Source of the DNA: Felis catus
Lineage: Eukaryota
NCBI RefSeq assembly: GCF_018350175.1
Contig: NC_058368.1
Coordinates: 177,136,001-177,200,000, forward strand
Length of the DNA stretch: 64,000 nucleotides
Direction of reading: 5' to 3'
Shown: piece by piece, positions 49,977 to 63,171 of the stretch
Numbering within the stretch: the first letter of the stretch is position 1
Layout of the letters: each line of letters begins with the position of its first letter
The notes under the pieces: generated by a model
What the model was told of the DNA's origin: nothing
What the model saw: only the letters and a program-made list of their open reading frames with translations
The model's database searches: none
Program-made: the position numbers and the translations under genes

Positions 49977-51772
49977 GGTTTTAATACTCTTAAAAGCTGT
50001 GAAACTGCATTTCTTTAAAATATTTTATACTTCTTTAGGAATTTAGCTGTCTTCTTTAGTGAACTGGGAAATAGTATAGCTTTATTTCCAGAAAGAATTT
50101 TAATCCCAGAATATTTAGTTTTGAGAATTCTTGTGTCTATTGAGGCAGTTAGTGTACTGGTATGCTCAGTAAGCCTTTTTGAATAAATAATCAGTTTAAA
50201 ATGAAAAAGTTCCAATATGATTGTGGTGTGGTCTGACTGTAATTGAGTCAGACCCATTGAGAGTAGATATAAGTCATATCATCTTCCTGAAAATGATATC
50301 TCTTCCTAGAAAAAAATGAGAATATCCATTATATCAGGGAAAAAAGTTTTCCCTTTCTGTATGTTCTAATGGTCTTTTAGAAACATGATGAACTTTGAAC
50401 TCTCATGAAAATAGGTCAAGGATTTTGGTTCAGTGTGTCATATAGCAATCAGACCTTGTTGTGCAGACATGTTCACAAGTTCTCTGATTAAAGTTTTTTT
50501 GGCTTGTGAGAGTTGATAGGACTAGGAAGGGATGCAGCCAACCCCTACGTTTGGAATGGGAAGTTGGATTAACTCAGAGTGGGGTTTGGTGCTGTGGTGT
50601 AGATAATGAAATCAGGTGTCCCGCAGGTCTCAGATGATGTCGAAAACATGAGGTGAGGTTTTAGGTCTCTTACCCGCAAGTCCTCTCAGATGTCATGGAG
50701 TATGGGTTGTCGGATACATGGAGGTGGCAGCGTTGTAAGACAGAACACCTGTACTTAAGAGGTTTTTTTTTTTTTTTTTTGCTGTGTTCCCTTAGTTAGC
50801 TGTCTAGAAGCCTCAGGCATTGAAATGAATTTAGGTTAGTGTCTTATCTCACAGTGCAGCTAAATTCTGAGACCTAGCTTAACCCCACCTGTTCTCCACC
50901 TTCATTGAAGGGTAATAGGCCAGAATCAGGGGGACAAGTTGCGATGACCAGTTCCGTAAGTAACAGTGGGGAAGTGACAGTTCCTGTGTTTGGAGGTGGC
51001 CTGGAAGAGAGAGGATTAAGAAACCAGAGTACTGTGTTGCCCATTGTCTGTCAACTGCATCTGAAAATCTATAGTGGACCAAAAAAAAAAAAAAAAAAAA
51101 AGAAAGAAAGAAAAAGTAAAGTAAACATCATCTGTATTTACTTCTGGATATTTTATATATATTTTATGTTTTATTAAGTAAAAATGGGATCATTACGAAA
51201 GTCCTGATTTGTAGCCTTTATTCACTTCATATTTCTTGAACTTTTTCAGTGTCTGTTAACTTTCCATATATTGTAAACTTCCTTCTGGCTCAATAAATAT
51301 ACTCCTACAACAGGATTTTTATTTGGTGGACACATAATATTCTGTCTTCTGGATGGTCTGTAATTCATATAACCAATCTCTATTGTTGGGCATTTTTTCC
51401 TTTGCTGTAATGACAGTGATGTGATGAACATATTCTTAGCTATATTTTTGGACATGTCTTTATTTTTGTCCATAATTTAATTTTCCACACTTGAAATTGC
51501 TGAGACAATGATGTACCTGTTTTTCAAGTATTGAGTATGTATTGATAAGTTGCACAGGAGAGGTTGTATAGATGGGTAACAAGTAGATAAAATTTGCAAG
51601 TAGATTAGAGGAAATTGCTGCTCCAGGGAGTTTAATGGCAAGCAAAGGAAATGAGAGGCAGTATAGTTTAGGGAAGAAAGCAGGGATTTTGGAGTCAGAT
51701 AGAATTGCAAATCTGCACTTTTGACCTCTCGCCAGTTATTTGCTGTGTCTTGTCTTCAGTTTCTTCCTCTTT

Positions 51773-51956
51773 ATTTTTTTTTACTTTTTATGTTTATTTT
51801 TTGAGAGAGAGACAGAGTGTGAGTAGGAGAGAGGCAGAGAGAGAGACACACACAGAATTCGAAGTAGGCTCCAGGCTCTGAGCTGTAAGCACAGAGCCTG
51901 ACGCGGGGCTTGAATTCACGAGCCGTGAGACCGTGACTGAGCCACCCACGCGCCCC
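51773..51956 (-). mobile_element. Can-SINE with internal deletion, inserted in a MIR (about 51655-52040)
   Basis: TSD cagtttcttcctcttta; the head lacks about 30 nt. Confidence 0.88.
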
Positions 51957-54900
51957 AGTTTCTTCCTCTTTAAAGCTAAGGTACCTGTCTGGCCAGAGGT
52001 GGTATGAGAGTTAATGAGATCACAGTACAGTGTGTGGCACATAGTAGGCACTTTGAAAATATGAACGTGCATCCCCCTCCCACTTTATCCTTTTTTGGTA
52101 AATTTTCATTTACATTTATCATTTTCATTGAAAATGAGGTTAAGCTTGTAGTTTGGTGGTCTCCCCTAGTCCTGAATAACCTTCCTTATTGGACCACAGA
52201 TGCTAATTGACAAAGGCTCAGATGTACTTAATCTTAGTGTTTAATTCTCTCCTGTCTCAGGATTTGTGGATCTTGGATAAACCCCATTGGGATTGGGTTC
52301 AGACTGATCCGACCTGGAGCTTGCTGGGGGAGACTGTTCCTTCTTGGCAGCTGAATCTGATACTGGGCCTAGTACAACTGAGGACCCTTGTGGCTCTGCC
52401 GGAAGTAGATGACTTTGTTACATCCTGTTCTCTGTCATGCTGCTTAGAATAGAGATTTTGCTCCCCCCATTCATATATCTAATCCTCCTTTCCAGCTTCT
52501 GTGAGAGCTCTGAAAAACCTGGGGACATTTTTGAATGCTGGGTGGTAGTTGTTAAGTGGACAAGGATGCCTTTTTACCTGTGGAGTTACTCATGAATAAG
52601 GTGTTAATCATTTTGAGGTGTACTGCTATTTCTGAGGGTCACTAGGTAAAAAATATTTTTCCACCATTCCAGCATCTTAACACAACTGTAAACTACAGTT
52701 GTTAAAAATGGACTTAACTCATTCTTCGGAAAAGAATTTGTTTTTATTTAAGTTGTCAAATTACTGTTTATAATGTATAACAACTTACAATTAAACAAAA
52801 TAAAACATCACTTAAAATTATGCAATGTAGTGTTAAACTGTTATAAGTACTCGATGTTCATTGGAGAAAAATCAGAAAATATGAATGAATAAAAATTCAA
52901 AAAGAAAAATTACCTTCATCTGTCTACCAAAGATAAATCTGCAGAGATCTATTTTAATTTTATTAGCTGCAAGTTCTGGTCTCTCATTTTAGATAATCAT
53001 TCAAGATGAGATCATTTCCTGGACATTAAAATATTTGTTTTTAAAATTATTGTAGGGCTTAAGGAAAGTCTGGGCTCTGGCTTTGAGTCCTGATTTCACT
53101 GCTGTTTGTTTAAATTTGAAGCTCTAAAACTTGCAGATAGTATCAGGTTTCCTCACCCTTCTTTTTTTTTTCTTCCTCCTTCCACTGTGGCCTCTTCCTC
53201 ATACCCTTTTCTTCTTTTAACATATATCCCAGCCTGAAGATGCTCTGTGGTATATTGTTTATAAATACGGAGTTCTACCATACAGTTGTTAACAATTAAA
53301 GCAGTAACTTTCTTAGTTATGTCATATAGTTTATACCATCAAATTCTGCTATAATAAAATACCATTATAAGGAAAAGAAAGTCTTTCACACATGGAGGCA
53401 TTGGACTAGTATTCAGTTCTTCAAAGGGCTTTGGTGAATGCCTTTAAATCATGAGTTAACTTTTATTCTACAACCTGATTACTGAATTATGGTTCTTGGT
53501 TTTAAAAGTAATACAATTTTTGGTGGAGTTTGCTCTTGTAGTTTGCTGTCAAACATTTTAACAGTAGAAGCCTAGGTTTTGAATCTTAGGAGATGCTTTT
53601 AAAAGCTTTCTGTGGCTCTATTTTCATTACAGCTGCTGCTTCTTGAAAAGCAGTAGTCTGAGAATTCGGACACAATAAGGATAGTTCCTAATTTGGATGA
53701 CTTTTAATACTTGCTTTATTTGCTTTGAGGTGAGGACAGCCTCCAACTGAAAGAATGGATACTCTGTAGCTTTCACATCCATGTTTAGAGAGAGAGTTAC
53801 ATAATCTCCTTGAGCCTGCCTATTGTATGATTCTTCAGGACCAAATCCCCACTCCTGGATAGAGATTCCCAGTGGAGAGTGTCATGGCCAAATGGTAACC
53901 ATAAAATGGAGCTTTTATTTCACTTCTGTTATTTGGTAGCCCTCATTTCATTATCATGGCACTCTCTGTTTTATATCCTGTCCTATCAGTAGGGCATAGT
54001 GGAAATTTTATTAGGAAAAAAAGAACCTAGACTGTGTTATGAAAATTGACTGTAGGTATGTACTTCCAAAGGTAAGTGCTGGCCCTTGTATCCACTCTTT
54101 GCAGCCTGGCTGGAAGAACTTTGTATTGGTTGTAAAATAAAAACGAGAGACTGTCTTGTAGGTTCTTCAAGAGACTTCTGTTTCTAACTTCTCTTCAACA
54201 TGCTTCTCTCCAGCTACCAGGAGTCGTTCCTCTCTGCTTAAAACGGTTTAACAGTTGTCTCCTCATTGACTCTAGCAGTGTTTTGAACTCTAAAGTTTTT
54301 GATGTCTCACTTGAAGGCATTAAAAAATCAAAACGCTCTTATTTCACAATATCTATAAAAACATACATGGTTTTTATACCATTGACTTCCTCTCTTTATC
54401 TCTTTATTTGGGTTACTATTGAGCAGAATTCTTTTTTCTCCATTCTTGCATGTGGCAGATGCTTCCCACATGTGCCTGAAAACATAGATCTTTCTCTGAT
54501 GCTGGCTTGAGTTGGCTTGGCTTTGGCTTGATATTCTGCTTTGTCCCCACCTTTGAGTCTAAGAACCTTACCCCCACCCTTGCCAGTATGTTGCATGTTC
54601 TGCTTCTATCCCTTTTTGACAGATGTGTTTGAAACAGTATGTATGCTGAGTTGCTGGAAAAAAAAACTTGCACATGTTGATAAAGAATTGGACCGCACAC
54701 TTGGGGAGTTTTGGTTGTTTACTGGTGAGTTATACAGCACACAGTATGAGAGCTGTTGTCCTACAGGATGAAGTCCAAGTTTGATAGAAGGGTTTATGAA
54801 AGACCTCTGTGATTTGGCCTTTCCGCTTTCCCCATCTTGTACTGAAATACTTCAGTAATGCTAAATTAATTGCAGATCTTTGAGTAGGATGTGCCATTTC

Positions 54901-55029
54901 TTAGCTCTTTGGCTCTGCTTATGCTATTTATGCTGCCTGGAATGTCTTTCTTTCTCTTTTTACCCTGGCTGCCTCCTACTCATCCTTTATGGCTTAGTTT
55001 AGGCATCCTTCTCCTTTGGGCGGGTTAAA

Positions 55030-55032
<3 letters not shown>

Positions 55033-55080
<48 letters not shown>
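55033..55080. repeat. (TG)n microsatellite
   Basis: Uninterrupted TG run of about 24 units. Confidence 0.95.
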
Positions 55081-55083
<3 letters not shown>

Positions 55084-55694
55084 ACTGCACATTCTCAAAA
55101 TTCCCTCCTTTGAACTCCCGGACAAGAGAGAATTTCTTAATTGCTTTTCTGTCTGCAGATATAAGTTGTTTGTTGAACGAAATAGTATTTAAGCTACTCT
55201 ATTGGTTATCCCAAGCATGATGATAGGAGTTAGATGAGGCTGGTAATGATTCTGTGGGAGGTGGTTTAAAGAAAAGAAATTAGAGGATTTATAGAAAACC
55301 CCTAAATATATATTTATAAAAATGTAGAAAATAAGGCATACTTCTGAATCAGAGTGACATTAGAGAGACCATTGACATAAAATACCTCTTTGGGTAGCTT
55401 TTAAAAGAATTGCCTCTTTGAGAAGGAATCAGGGCAGGATATTCAAAACAATCCCATCTAGAAACAGACCAAAGTTAGCTTTTGTGAGTTCTCCTTCAAG
55501 CCAGCCAATTAGAAGACAAGGTGCCTGCAGCTACTTTTTCCTTTTGATTTGTGGTTCCTATGGCAATAGGAAGAGAGACTAGGACATTTCTCTCCTACCT
55601 CTTTTAATAACTTTTTGCTTTTGAAAAATGCCAAAAGCTGTTATTCTTCTTGTCTTTACTTACAGTATTTCTCACCATGATGGCCCTGATTTTT

Positions 55695-55921
55695 AAAAAA
55701 ATTTTTTTGATGATTATATATTTTTGAGAGAGAGAGAGAGTGTGTGCGCGTGCATGTGAAGGGGGAGGGGCAGAGAGAGAGAGGGAGACACAGAGTCTGA
55801 AGCAGGCTCCAGGCTCAGAGCTGTCAGCACAGAGCCCAATGCAGGGCTTGAACTCACGAACTGTAAGATCATGACTTGAGCCGAAGTTGGACGCTTAACC
55901 AATTGAGCCACCCAGGCGCCC
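55695..55921 (-). mobile_element. Can-SINE
   Basis: Antisense copy ending gagccacccaggcgccc. Confidence 0.92.
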
Positions 55922-57729
55922 TTGATTTTGGTTTTTGATTATACAGTGGATATGACAAAATTAATAAACATTCTCTATTCCCTTGACTACTGCTATTTTC
56001 TTTGGCTATAGAACTGCAAATATAATCAATCTAATTGAGTATTTGCTGTTAATATTAGAACACTTTGTGAATCATTTCCTATTCTTTATGGATAATCCTA
56101 AATTAGTATACTAGTCATTGCAAATAGCTAAATGTGAAATTAGAGCAAACATTTCTTGGGGGTTTTCTACCCCTAAAAAGCCTCTGTTAAGTGTTCCCAT
56201 TGTGACCCAGTGGGTTTCTCTTGAGCTTGAGGCTAAAGTCTCAAGAGGAAAGAGGCTTAGTTTGTATTGTTGTTGGCCTAATAAGTAGGTCAATAAGCAT
56301 TTGTTAAAATCGGTAAATACCCACAGTGTTAGGGTAACTTCTTGAGATATATTTTAATAGATAGTGTTCCTTAAGTTTATAGAGAAACCAATAATCTTAA
56401 AAAAAAAAAAGACAATAGTCTGTACATTTTGAATATAGCTCACAGGAAGAAATCTTTATTCTGTTGAAGAATGATAGATAATAGTTATTCCATAATAGTC
56501 AACATAGGTTTCTATCCACGTCCCTAAATTTAAGATTGGAATCTTCAAGAATCAATTACGCCTGTGGTCCTAGCTGCATTTTAATGCTCTTAGGTTGATA
56601 AATGTGGAACTTTTAGTTTTTTCCATTGTTTTCAAATTACGTCAATGTCTTTTTGGTCACTACACTTAAGAGGAACCTTGTTTAGACTAGCAGGTACATC
56701 CTTATTAAAAATGGGTGTATTTTCTAGAGTGGCATTTTCTGTTGAGTAAAGACTTTTTCAGCACTGTGGTTGGTCTCTTAGCTTCAAGGTAATTAAGAGT
56801 GAAAATAAAGCAGTTCTAATACCTTTAATAAATATTGGCATTACTCTGTATCCCACAATGTCCTTCATAGATGTTATAAAGGTAAATTCTTGGAAATTAG
56901 ATCTTGAAAGTGTCCTTATATTTCCCTGAATGTACAATTTCAATATCAAACTTTTAAAAACAGTACTAAATGGTTAATATTTTGAAGTTAAGTTCTCAGG
57001 AAATTTTCTTTATATTGTTTTCCATATATTTTTAAGTATTAGGTCATTTGACGGTTTCCTAACCTTGGGAAGATCATTATTTTTCTTTTTGGGCTTTAGT
57101 TTCTTCTAAAATTAGGGGTGGAAGTATGGACTAAATTGTCTTCCAGTTCTTTGTGATTCTTTGGTTTATTAAATGTGAAAATGTGTCTCCTCCCCGCCCC
57201 CACCTTTTTTAAGTTTTGGATCCCAAGGCATTAGCAGAATCTGATCAGGGTATAGTATTCTTAGGCCTTCATAGTTTTACTCTTTGAGTCAAATACATAT
57301 TAAACCTTGCGAGCTCTGGAACCTATTTTTTGTGGAATAAATGAAAATTGGTTTGCTGGTGAGCTTTGGTGTTAATTTGGTATCAATTGCTGAATCCAGG
57401 TGTAATCCTTAAACTGTATACTCAGATCTAAGTGATTCTGTGATTTGGTTAAAGATTCCAAAAAAGAAACTTAAATTGAACTATGGGGATATTGAGTTTA
57501 TTTAATTTAAATAATTGATGTAAGCAGTGTGTACAAATGTATTGTGTCTGGGTCTTTTCTCTGCCCATCTACTTCTGATGCATGCTGATGTAAGTATTCT
57601 TTTAATAAGCATTTACTAGATATCTCTGAATAGTTTTAGTGGAAGGAAAATGAGTTTGCTTAGAGTCAGACAGGATTAACTTCTAGTCCTAATTTTGCCA
57701 CCAGTTAGCCCTTGTTTTCTTGTGTTAGC

Positions 57730-57924
57730 TTTTTTTTTTTTAATGTTTATTTTTGAGAGAGAGAGAGCCAGCGAGTGAGCGAGCAAGCGAGCGAGCAGGG
57801 GAGGGGCAGAGAGAGAAGCAGGCCCCAGGCTCTGAGCCTGACGTGGGGCTTGAATTCACGAACCTTGATATCACCACCTGAGCCAAAGTCCGAGGCTTAA
57901 CCGACTGAGCCATCCAGACGCCCC
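57730..57924 (-). mobile_element. Can-SINE inserted in a MIR (about 57635-58110)
   Basis: TSD tagcccttgttttcttgt. Confidence 0.88.
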
Positions 57925-58458
57925 ATAGCCCTTGTTTTCTTGTACCTTGAACAAGTTGCTATTTGAGTAAATTAAGTGCTCCTTTGCTGATCCTCAGATT
58001 CCTCATCTGTAAAATGGAATAATACCTCCCTTAAAAGAGTAAAACTCTTGTAAGGGTTTACTATGTCAGCTGTTTAGTGTATGAGAAGGACTTGATAAAT
58101 GGCAGCTATTTTTATTATACAGATATTTATTCAGCATCTTTTGTGGCACTCTGCAAAAGGGTTGGGGTAACAAAATGTGTGCCTGGAGTATCAGTGATAG
58201 ATTTCTGTATTGTCTCTGGTAAACTTTGGAGTTGAGGCACATGTTGGAAATGTATGGCATTTTTGTTGTTACCAAAAAGCTGCTCAAGTTTTTATTCTGT
58301 TTGGTTCCTCTGGTGTTGTATTCTTTAAATGCCTTTTCTAAATAATCTCAATACTCTAGCTAAATTGTAGGTGAGATGTAGCTAGTAAGTGGCAGATGCT
58401 GGATAGGAGCCCAGGTTTATTTGGTTTCAAGCATAGCTGACTTTGTTTATAATATAAT

Positions 58459-58576
58459 TGGGGTGACCACAGAATTTGTCTCCCAAACCAGAACACTTCT
58501 GAGAATGAAAGTTATTCTGGGACAACAAGTGTAAACCTGGACTGTCCAAGGAAAATGAGGATGTCTGACCATCCTA
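58459..58576. mobile_element. MER81-like hAT MITE
   Basis: About 115 bp, starting gggtgacca and ending tgaccatccta (degenerate TIRs), with internal ctgggacaac..gtgtaaacc.ggactgtcc. Confidence 0.6.
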
Positions 58577-59732
58577 ATTATAGCTAGGGTAAACAAGTTT
58601 ATGATGTTGAGTCTAAGACTTCTGGAGTATTTTGGTTGAATCCAAACACCCACCTTCAGTTAAAAAAAAAATTTTTTTTTTTTGCATGGTTGTTGTTTTT
58701 GCCACAGTGAATTCATTGACCTTAGATCTGCCAAAAAAAGTACTTATTGAGTACAGTATATAATCTAATGGCTTAAAAATACTAGCCACAATGCCTATAT
58801 TCATTTTTATATTTCCCTTTTTTCTTAATTCCTTTAAAACCAGCAAGTTTTTGAAAGAGAATGGGAATGGGTAAATGAAACAAACCTTTAAATTCTTACT
58901 TGTGTCAAATGAACTTTGTAAACAAAGTCTAAAATCAATATCATCATATTCCAAAGTTTTTTCTTTGGAGGGCAGAGGTGTGGGTGTCACTGAAAATCAG
59001 ATGTGTTTTTAATCAGCTCTTTTATTGCCTGTGTCTATCAATCTATCACTCATCTTTCTTATTCCTTTTGCCTTATGTCTGTAGATGTCCTGTGATTTTT
59101 ATTTAGGGAAGTGCAAAACTGTATCTACATGATAAAAATTCAGGTGGTTTTACAATAGAAGCATCATAGTCTTGTAGAATTCATGTGGGTTTAATAGCAG
59201 ACAAACGAAGATTTGAAATTCTGGCTTTCCACTCCTTTGCTGTGTGTCCTTGTGCAAATGATTTAACCTCTGAGCCTCAGTTTCTTTACTGTGGTGTGGG
59301 AATTAGAAAACACGTTTAAAGTCCCAGGCACATAGTAAGTGATGGTAATGATGGGAGTTATAATTCTATGACGCAGACTAGAAACCGTTACTTTTATGAA
59401 GTTATAGTCACAGTCTCACCCCTAATCTTGTGCACTCAACTTTCACAGTTCCCTCTAGTGGGTTTCCATTTAAACATTCTCTCTCTCCCTCTTGATTCTG
59501 TTCACTGTGTCCTGAGGAATTCGCGGTTGGCAGCAGAAACCTCCTTTCTGTAGGACAGAAAGTGGGCCCTCTCCCAGGGTTTCAGTAAGTTGTCTAGGAC
59601 CACCACCCCTGACCTCCAAACTGCCACGGGTGCATCCCCTGCCCGACTAACATTCAAGTTGCCTGTGTGAAGGAGTGATTTGTTGCGGCCTCTAACTGCT
59701 TCTTCTCTTCCTTCCTTTTTGTCATCCTGCAG

Positions 59733-59834
59733 TGTTCTGTGCCAAGGTCTTTGTGGCTAGGCTGCGCCAACCTGGTAGAGAGCATGTGCGCACTGAGTTG
59801 CCTGCAGAGCATGCCCAGTGTCAGATGTCTCCAG
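59733..59834 (+). CDS. FBXW11: FBXW11 coding exon 2 (102-nt in-frame cassette), [34 protein letters not shown]
   Basis: Long polypyrimidine tract and CAG acceptor at 59730-59732, branch-like CTCTAAC at 59690-59696, 34 open codons in phase 0/0, and donor CAG|GTGCCT. The peptide matches the segment following M15 in the long FBXW11 isoform. Confidence 0.95.
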
Positions 59835-62029
59835 GTGCCTCTCTTCTTTCTTGTTGTAAATGTGTTTTTTACGTATGCCATGAACATTTGTTGAAACTTG
59901 CAGTAGTGTGTTTAATCCAATGTTAAGTCTGCTAAATGTTCTGTGTAACCCTCTGCTTTTCTCCAGCCTGGGTGCCCCCCATGAAGGAGTTTAGTACCAA
60001 GAGGGGCCCTTCTGAGAAAATGGGTCTTTGGCTGGGCCCTGTTCTACTCCTCTTTTTCTGCTCCTGCTTTTTATTCTCCCCTCCTCCCTACCTTGAAGTT
60101 CTGATTCTTATGTTTAATAGTTGTGCATGTGCCCACAAAACCCTGATAATTTCCATTTGGCTACTTTTAACAGTTCTTTGTTGAGTTGGGAGGGTTTCAT
60201 AATTCAAGTGCTGATTTTTCTATTTTGAAACTCATCTTTTGGCATGCTTTCACTCCCTCCTTCAAAAAAGGAGTGGGGAGGGAATCCCTAATTGTATAAA
60301 ACCTCAAATTGAAGTTCATTGAAGGTCACAGCTTTATGCTGCCAATAACTGTCGGTTTGGGCCACCTCCCAAAGGCCAGATCTGACACCTGTCCTCAGGG
60401 TCCACCCAGGTTTCCAGGCCGAGGCTGGCAGAGAATTCCACAGATAAAAGTAAAACTTTTTTGAGGGTGGGGAGGGTTGCTCAGGAAAAAAAACTGTCAG
60501 CAGCAGTGTGGCCGGATTGCACTCTTGCACTCGTTGGGATGGAATCGTAGGGAGCCAGGGCAGAAAACGTTGTGGCTTTATTGGGGAAACTCTGTTTAGA
60601 GGAAACGTGTATTTAATTAAGTATGGTTTCAGTAGCAATATTTAGTTTTCATCACTGCATATTCCACACAGTTTATTATATCTTTAAAAAGCATTATGAA
60701 ATTCCTGGTATCCTGTGGAGACTGCCCTGTTTTAGGAAAACACTGTAAAATCAGGAAATGAGTTAGAGGGATATTATCGATGGCATGGATGACTTTACTG
60801 TTCTCAAGGTTATCTTTCTATTCATGTTTACAGTCTCTAAATGGAGCGGGGAAGCAAGGAGGGAGAAGAACTTCTTTCACATTGGGATTGTGTATTTTAT
60901 TTACTTACTAGCAAACATTCTGAGTAGCATTAGTGTGGTTATTGATTCAGATTGCTTTCTTTAGAAAACTCGACTGGAACCTCATTAACACAATTAACTA
61001 GAGAGTAAGTTCAGTGTAAGATCCAGTTGTTATAGGAGTGTGCATAAAAAGGCAATACAGCTCTTCAGGGTCCAGGGATCGGATGTTTCAGTGAGGCTCC
61101 AGCGTGGTGTGCATTTACCTTTGGAAAAGCAGCTTCCCTGCATGCAATGTAGCTTTAACAAAAATGTTCTTGAAATAGCAGACATTGTCGCATGTACTCT
61201 CCTTGGTGCTAAATAATGGATATTTGCCTTGTAGTAACAGTGTCTCTGTTTTTCTGAAAATGCTTACTTGAATGTTAAAGTTAATTTTCGGTGGAGTGAT
61301 TGAGTTTTTTTCCAGAAATATAAGTAGGGGAAGAATTGTTGTGCAGATTGAAGCGCAAATTCTTTTTATTGAATTTGGTTAAAAGTAATTGACCAATGGG
61401 AAGCATTATTCAATATATTTTAGTAACATTATTTTGAGATCTCTGGAGGTGGGGTGAGTAGGAGGAAATACTGGTTCTTACCTTGTTGAAAATGGAAACA
61501 CTAATGTGTTCAAAGTTCTTTGACTTATCTCTCCCAGTGAAAATCCTTTAAGAGAAAAAAATGTAAACTTGCCTTGACTGGATCTTGAAATAAGGTGAAG
61601 TATTGAATGATATTCACTGAAATGTGAATGGAGCAAATACTGTCTTTAGAGATGTATAGGGAATTTTGTTTATTTAGGTTTTTATTTTCTTAAGTATATA
61701 ATTGAGAATCTGCAGCACAGTAAAGTGAAATTCATACTCAGCTGATTGGAATTTGCAAATAATTACTCTCTTCCGTTTGTGAATGGAAAGTAAGCATGTA
61801 TCCATGAACATGGAAGATTTCTTTCCTGTCCAGTCACTGGTTTTACCTATTACTTTTTAACACCTGTGTTCCTGCTCTCTACCTACAGTCTCCAAACAGT
61901 GCTACAATTTAGTTGGCTTAATTTGGGTTTGGGTTTTCAAAGAATGCCTTTTGGCTTATATGCTACATCTTTGGTTTATCACAAAGATGACTCTCGCTTG
62001 ACTTGACACATCTCTCAGCTCACCCATTT

Positions 62030-62263
62030 AAAATTTTTTTTTTTTAAATTTTTTTTTTTAACGTTTTTATTTATTTTTGGGACAGAGAGAGACAGAGCAT
62101 GAACGGGGGAGGGGCAGAGAGAGAGGGAGACACAGAATCGGAAACAGGCTCCAGGCTCCGAGCCATCAGCCCAGAGCCTGACGCGGGGCTCGAACTCACG
62201 GACCGCGAGATCGTGACCTGGCTGAAGTCGGACGCTTAACCGACTGCGCCACCCACGTGCCCC
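62030..62263 (-). mobile_element. Young felid SINE (SINEC_Fc-type)
   Basis: CpGs retained; TSD ctcagctcacccattt at 62014-62029 and 62263-62278. Confidence 0.95.
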
Positions 62264-62579
62264 TCAGCTCACCCATTTTAAGAAGGCCTCAGAAGGGAAG
62301 AAACAGGTTATCTGAAGAGCCTAGTTGACTAGGCTCTGGAGTTGCATGACAGGGTCCCCCTTAAAATTACCACACTAGACCCATTGCCAGATGGAGCTTT
62401 AGCCAATTAGACTGTGTGGCTGAATTAGCATACCTTTTGAAAAGCAGAAATAAAGATAGTAGTTATCTTTGGCATTATACAGTCCCTCTGGTTTCTGCCA
62501 TTTGTGAGAAAAGGGATAGCAAAGACTGAAAAAGTGAAAATCACTCATTTACCTCAATAAGCTGTTTAAAAAATAAAGA

Positions 62580-62790
62580 TCATTTACCATCAACTGTACT
62601 TGGTGCTTCACATATATTAACTTCGTGATAACCTGGTGAGGTAGGTGTACTTATCCCCATTTTTCAGATGTGGAAAACTGAGTTTCAGAGGTGTTATGGG
62701 TGACTCGACCTAAGTTAATACTACATAGCTGTGAGATGGTGGAGTTGGCATTTGAACCCCAGATTTGCCTGATTCCAAAGTTGTTTTTCT
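62580..62790 (-). mobile_element. MIR
   Basis: tatccccatttttcagatgtggaaaactgag...gcatttgaacccagat. Confidence 0.7.
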
Positions 62791-63171
62791 TTCCTCGGTG
62801 CTTGAATGCTACTATTTCTAGAGTTTCCCATCTTAGTTTTGTTTGTGAAAACTTTACTAGTGAGCTATCTGGTGTGTGGCTTGTTTCGTCATTATTTATT
62901 TGAAAATCAGAAAGGGAAAACCTGCCAGATACCTGCAGGTGAAAAAAATTGTATTTCTATTGCCAGAATGAGCCCTCCTGAATCTTAAAGCTAGTGAGGT
63001 TCCTGAATGGCTTTTCTGTGAGAATATTTACTGAGCATTTGCTATGTGCCTTGGCCTATACTGCTGCTGGACACATAAAGATGAATACAGACTTGTTCCC
63101 TATTCTCGTGGGGTACCCTGTAGTAAGCAGACCCATGAATGAAAATCCAGACTGAACTACAAATAAAGTCC

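Larger units (their letters stand above)
22176..59732 (+). other. FBXW11: FBXW11 intron 1 (about 37.5 kb)
   Basis: GT...AG bounded interval between the two recognised exons; AT-rich and repeat-rich. Confidence 0.88.

Noticed and set aside
59732..59926. 64-aa ORF overlapping exon 2
   Set aside because: Wrong frame; the real exon starts at 59733 and ends at the donor after 59834.
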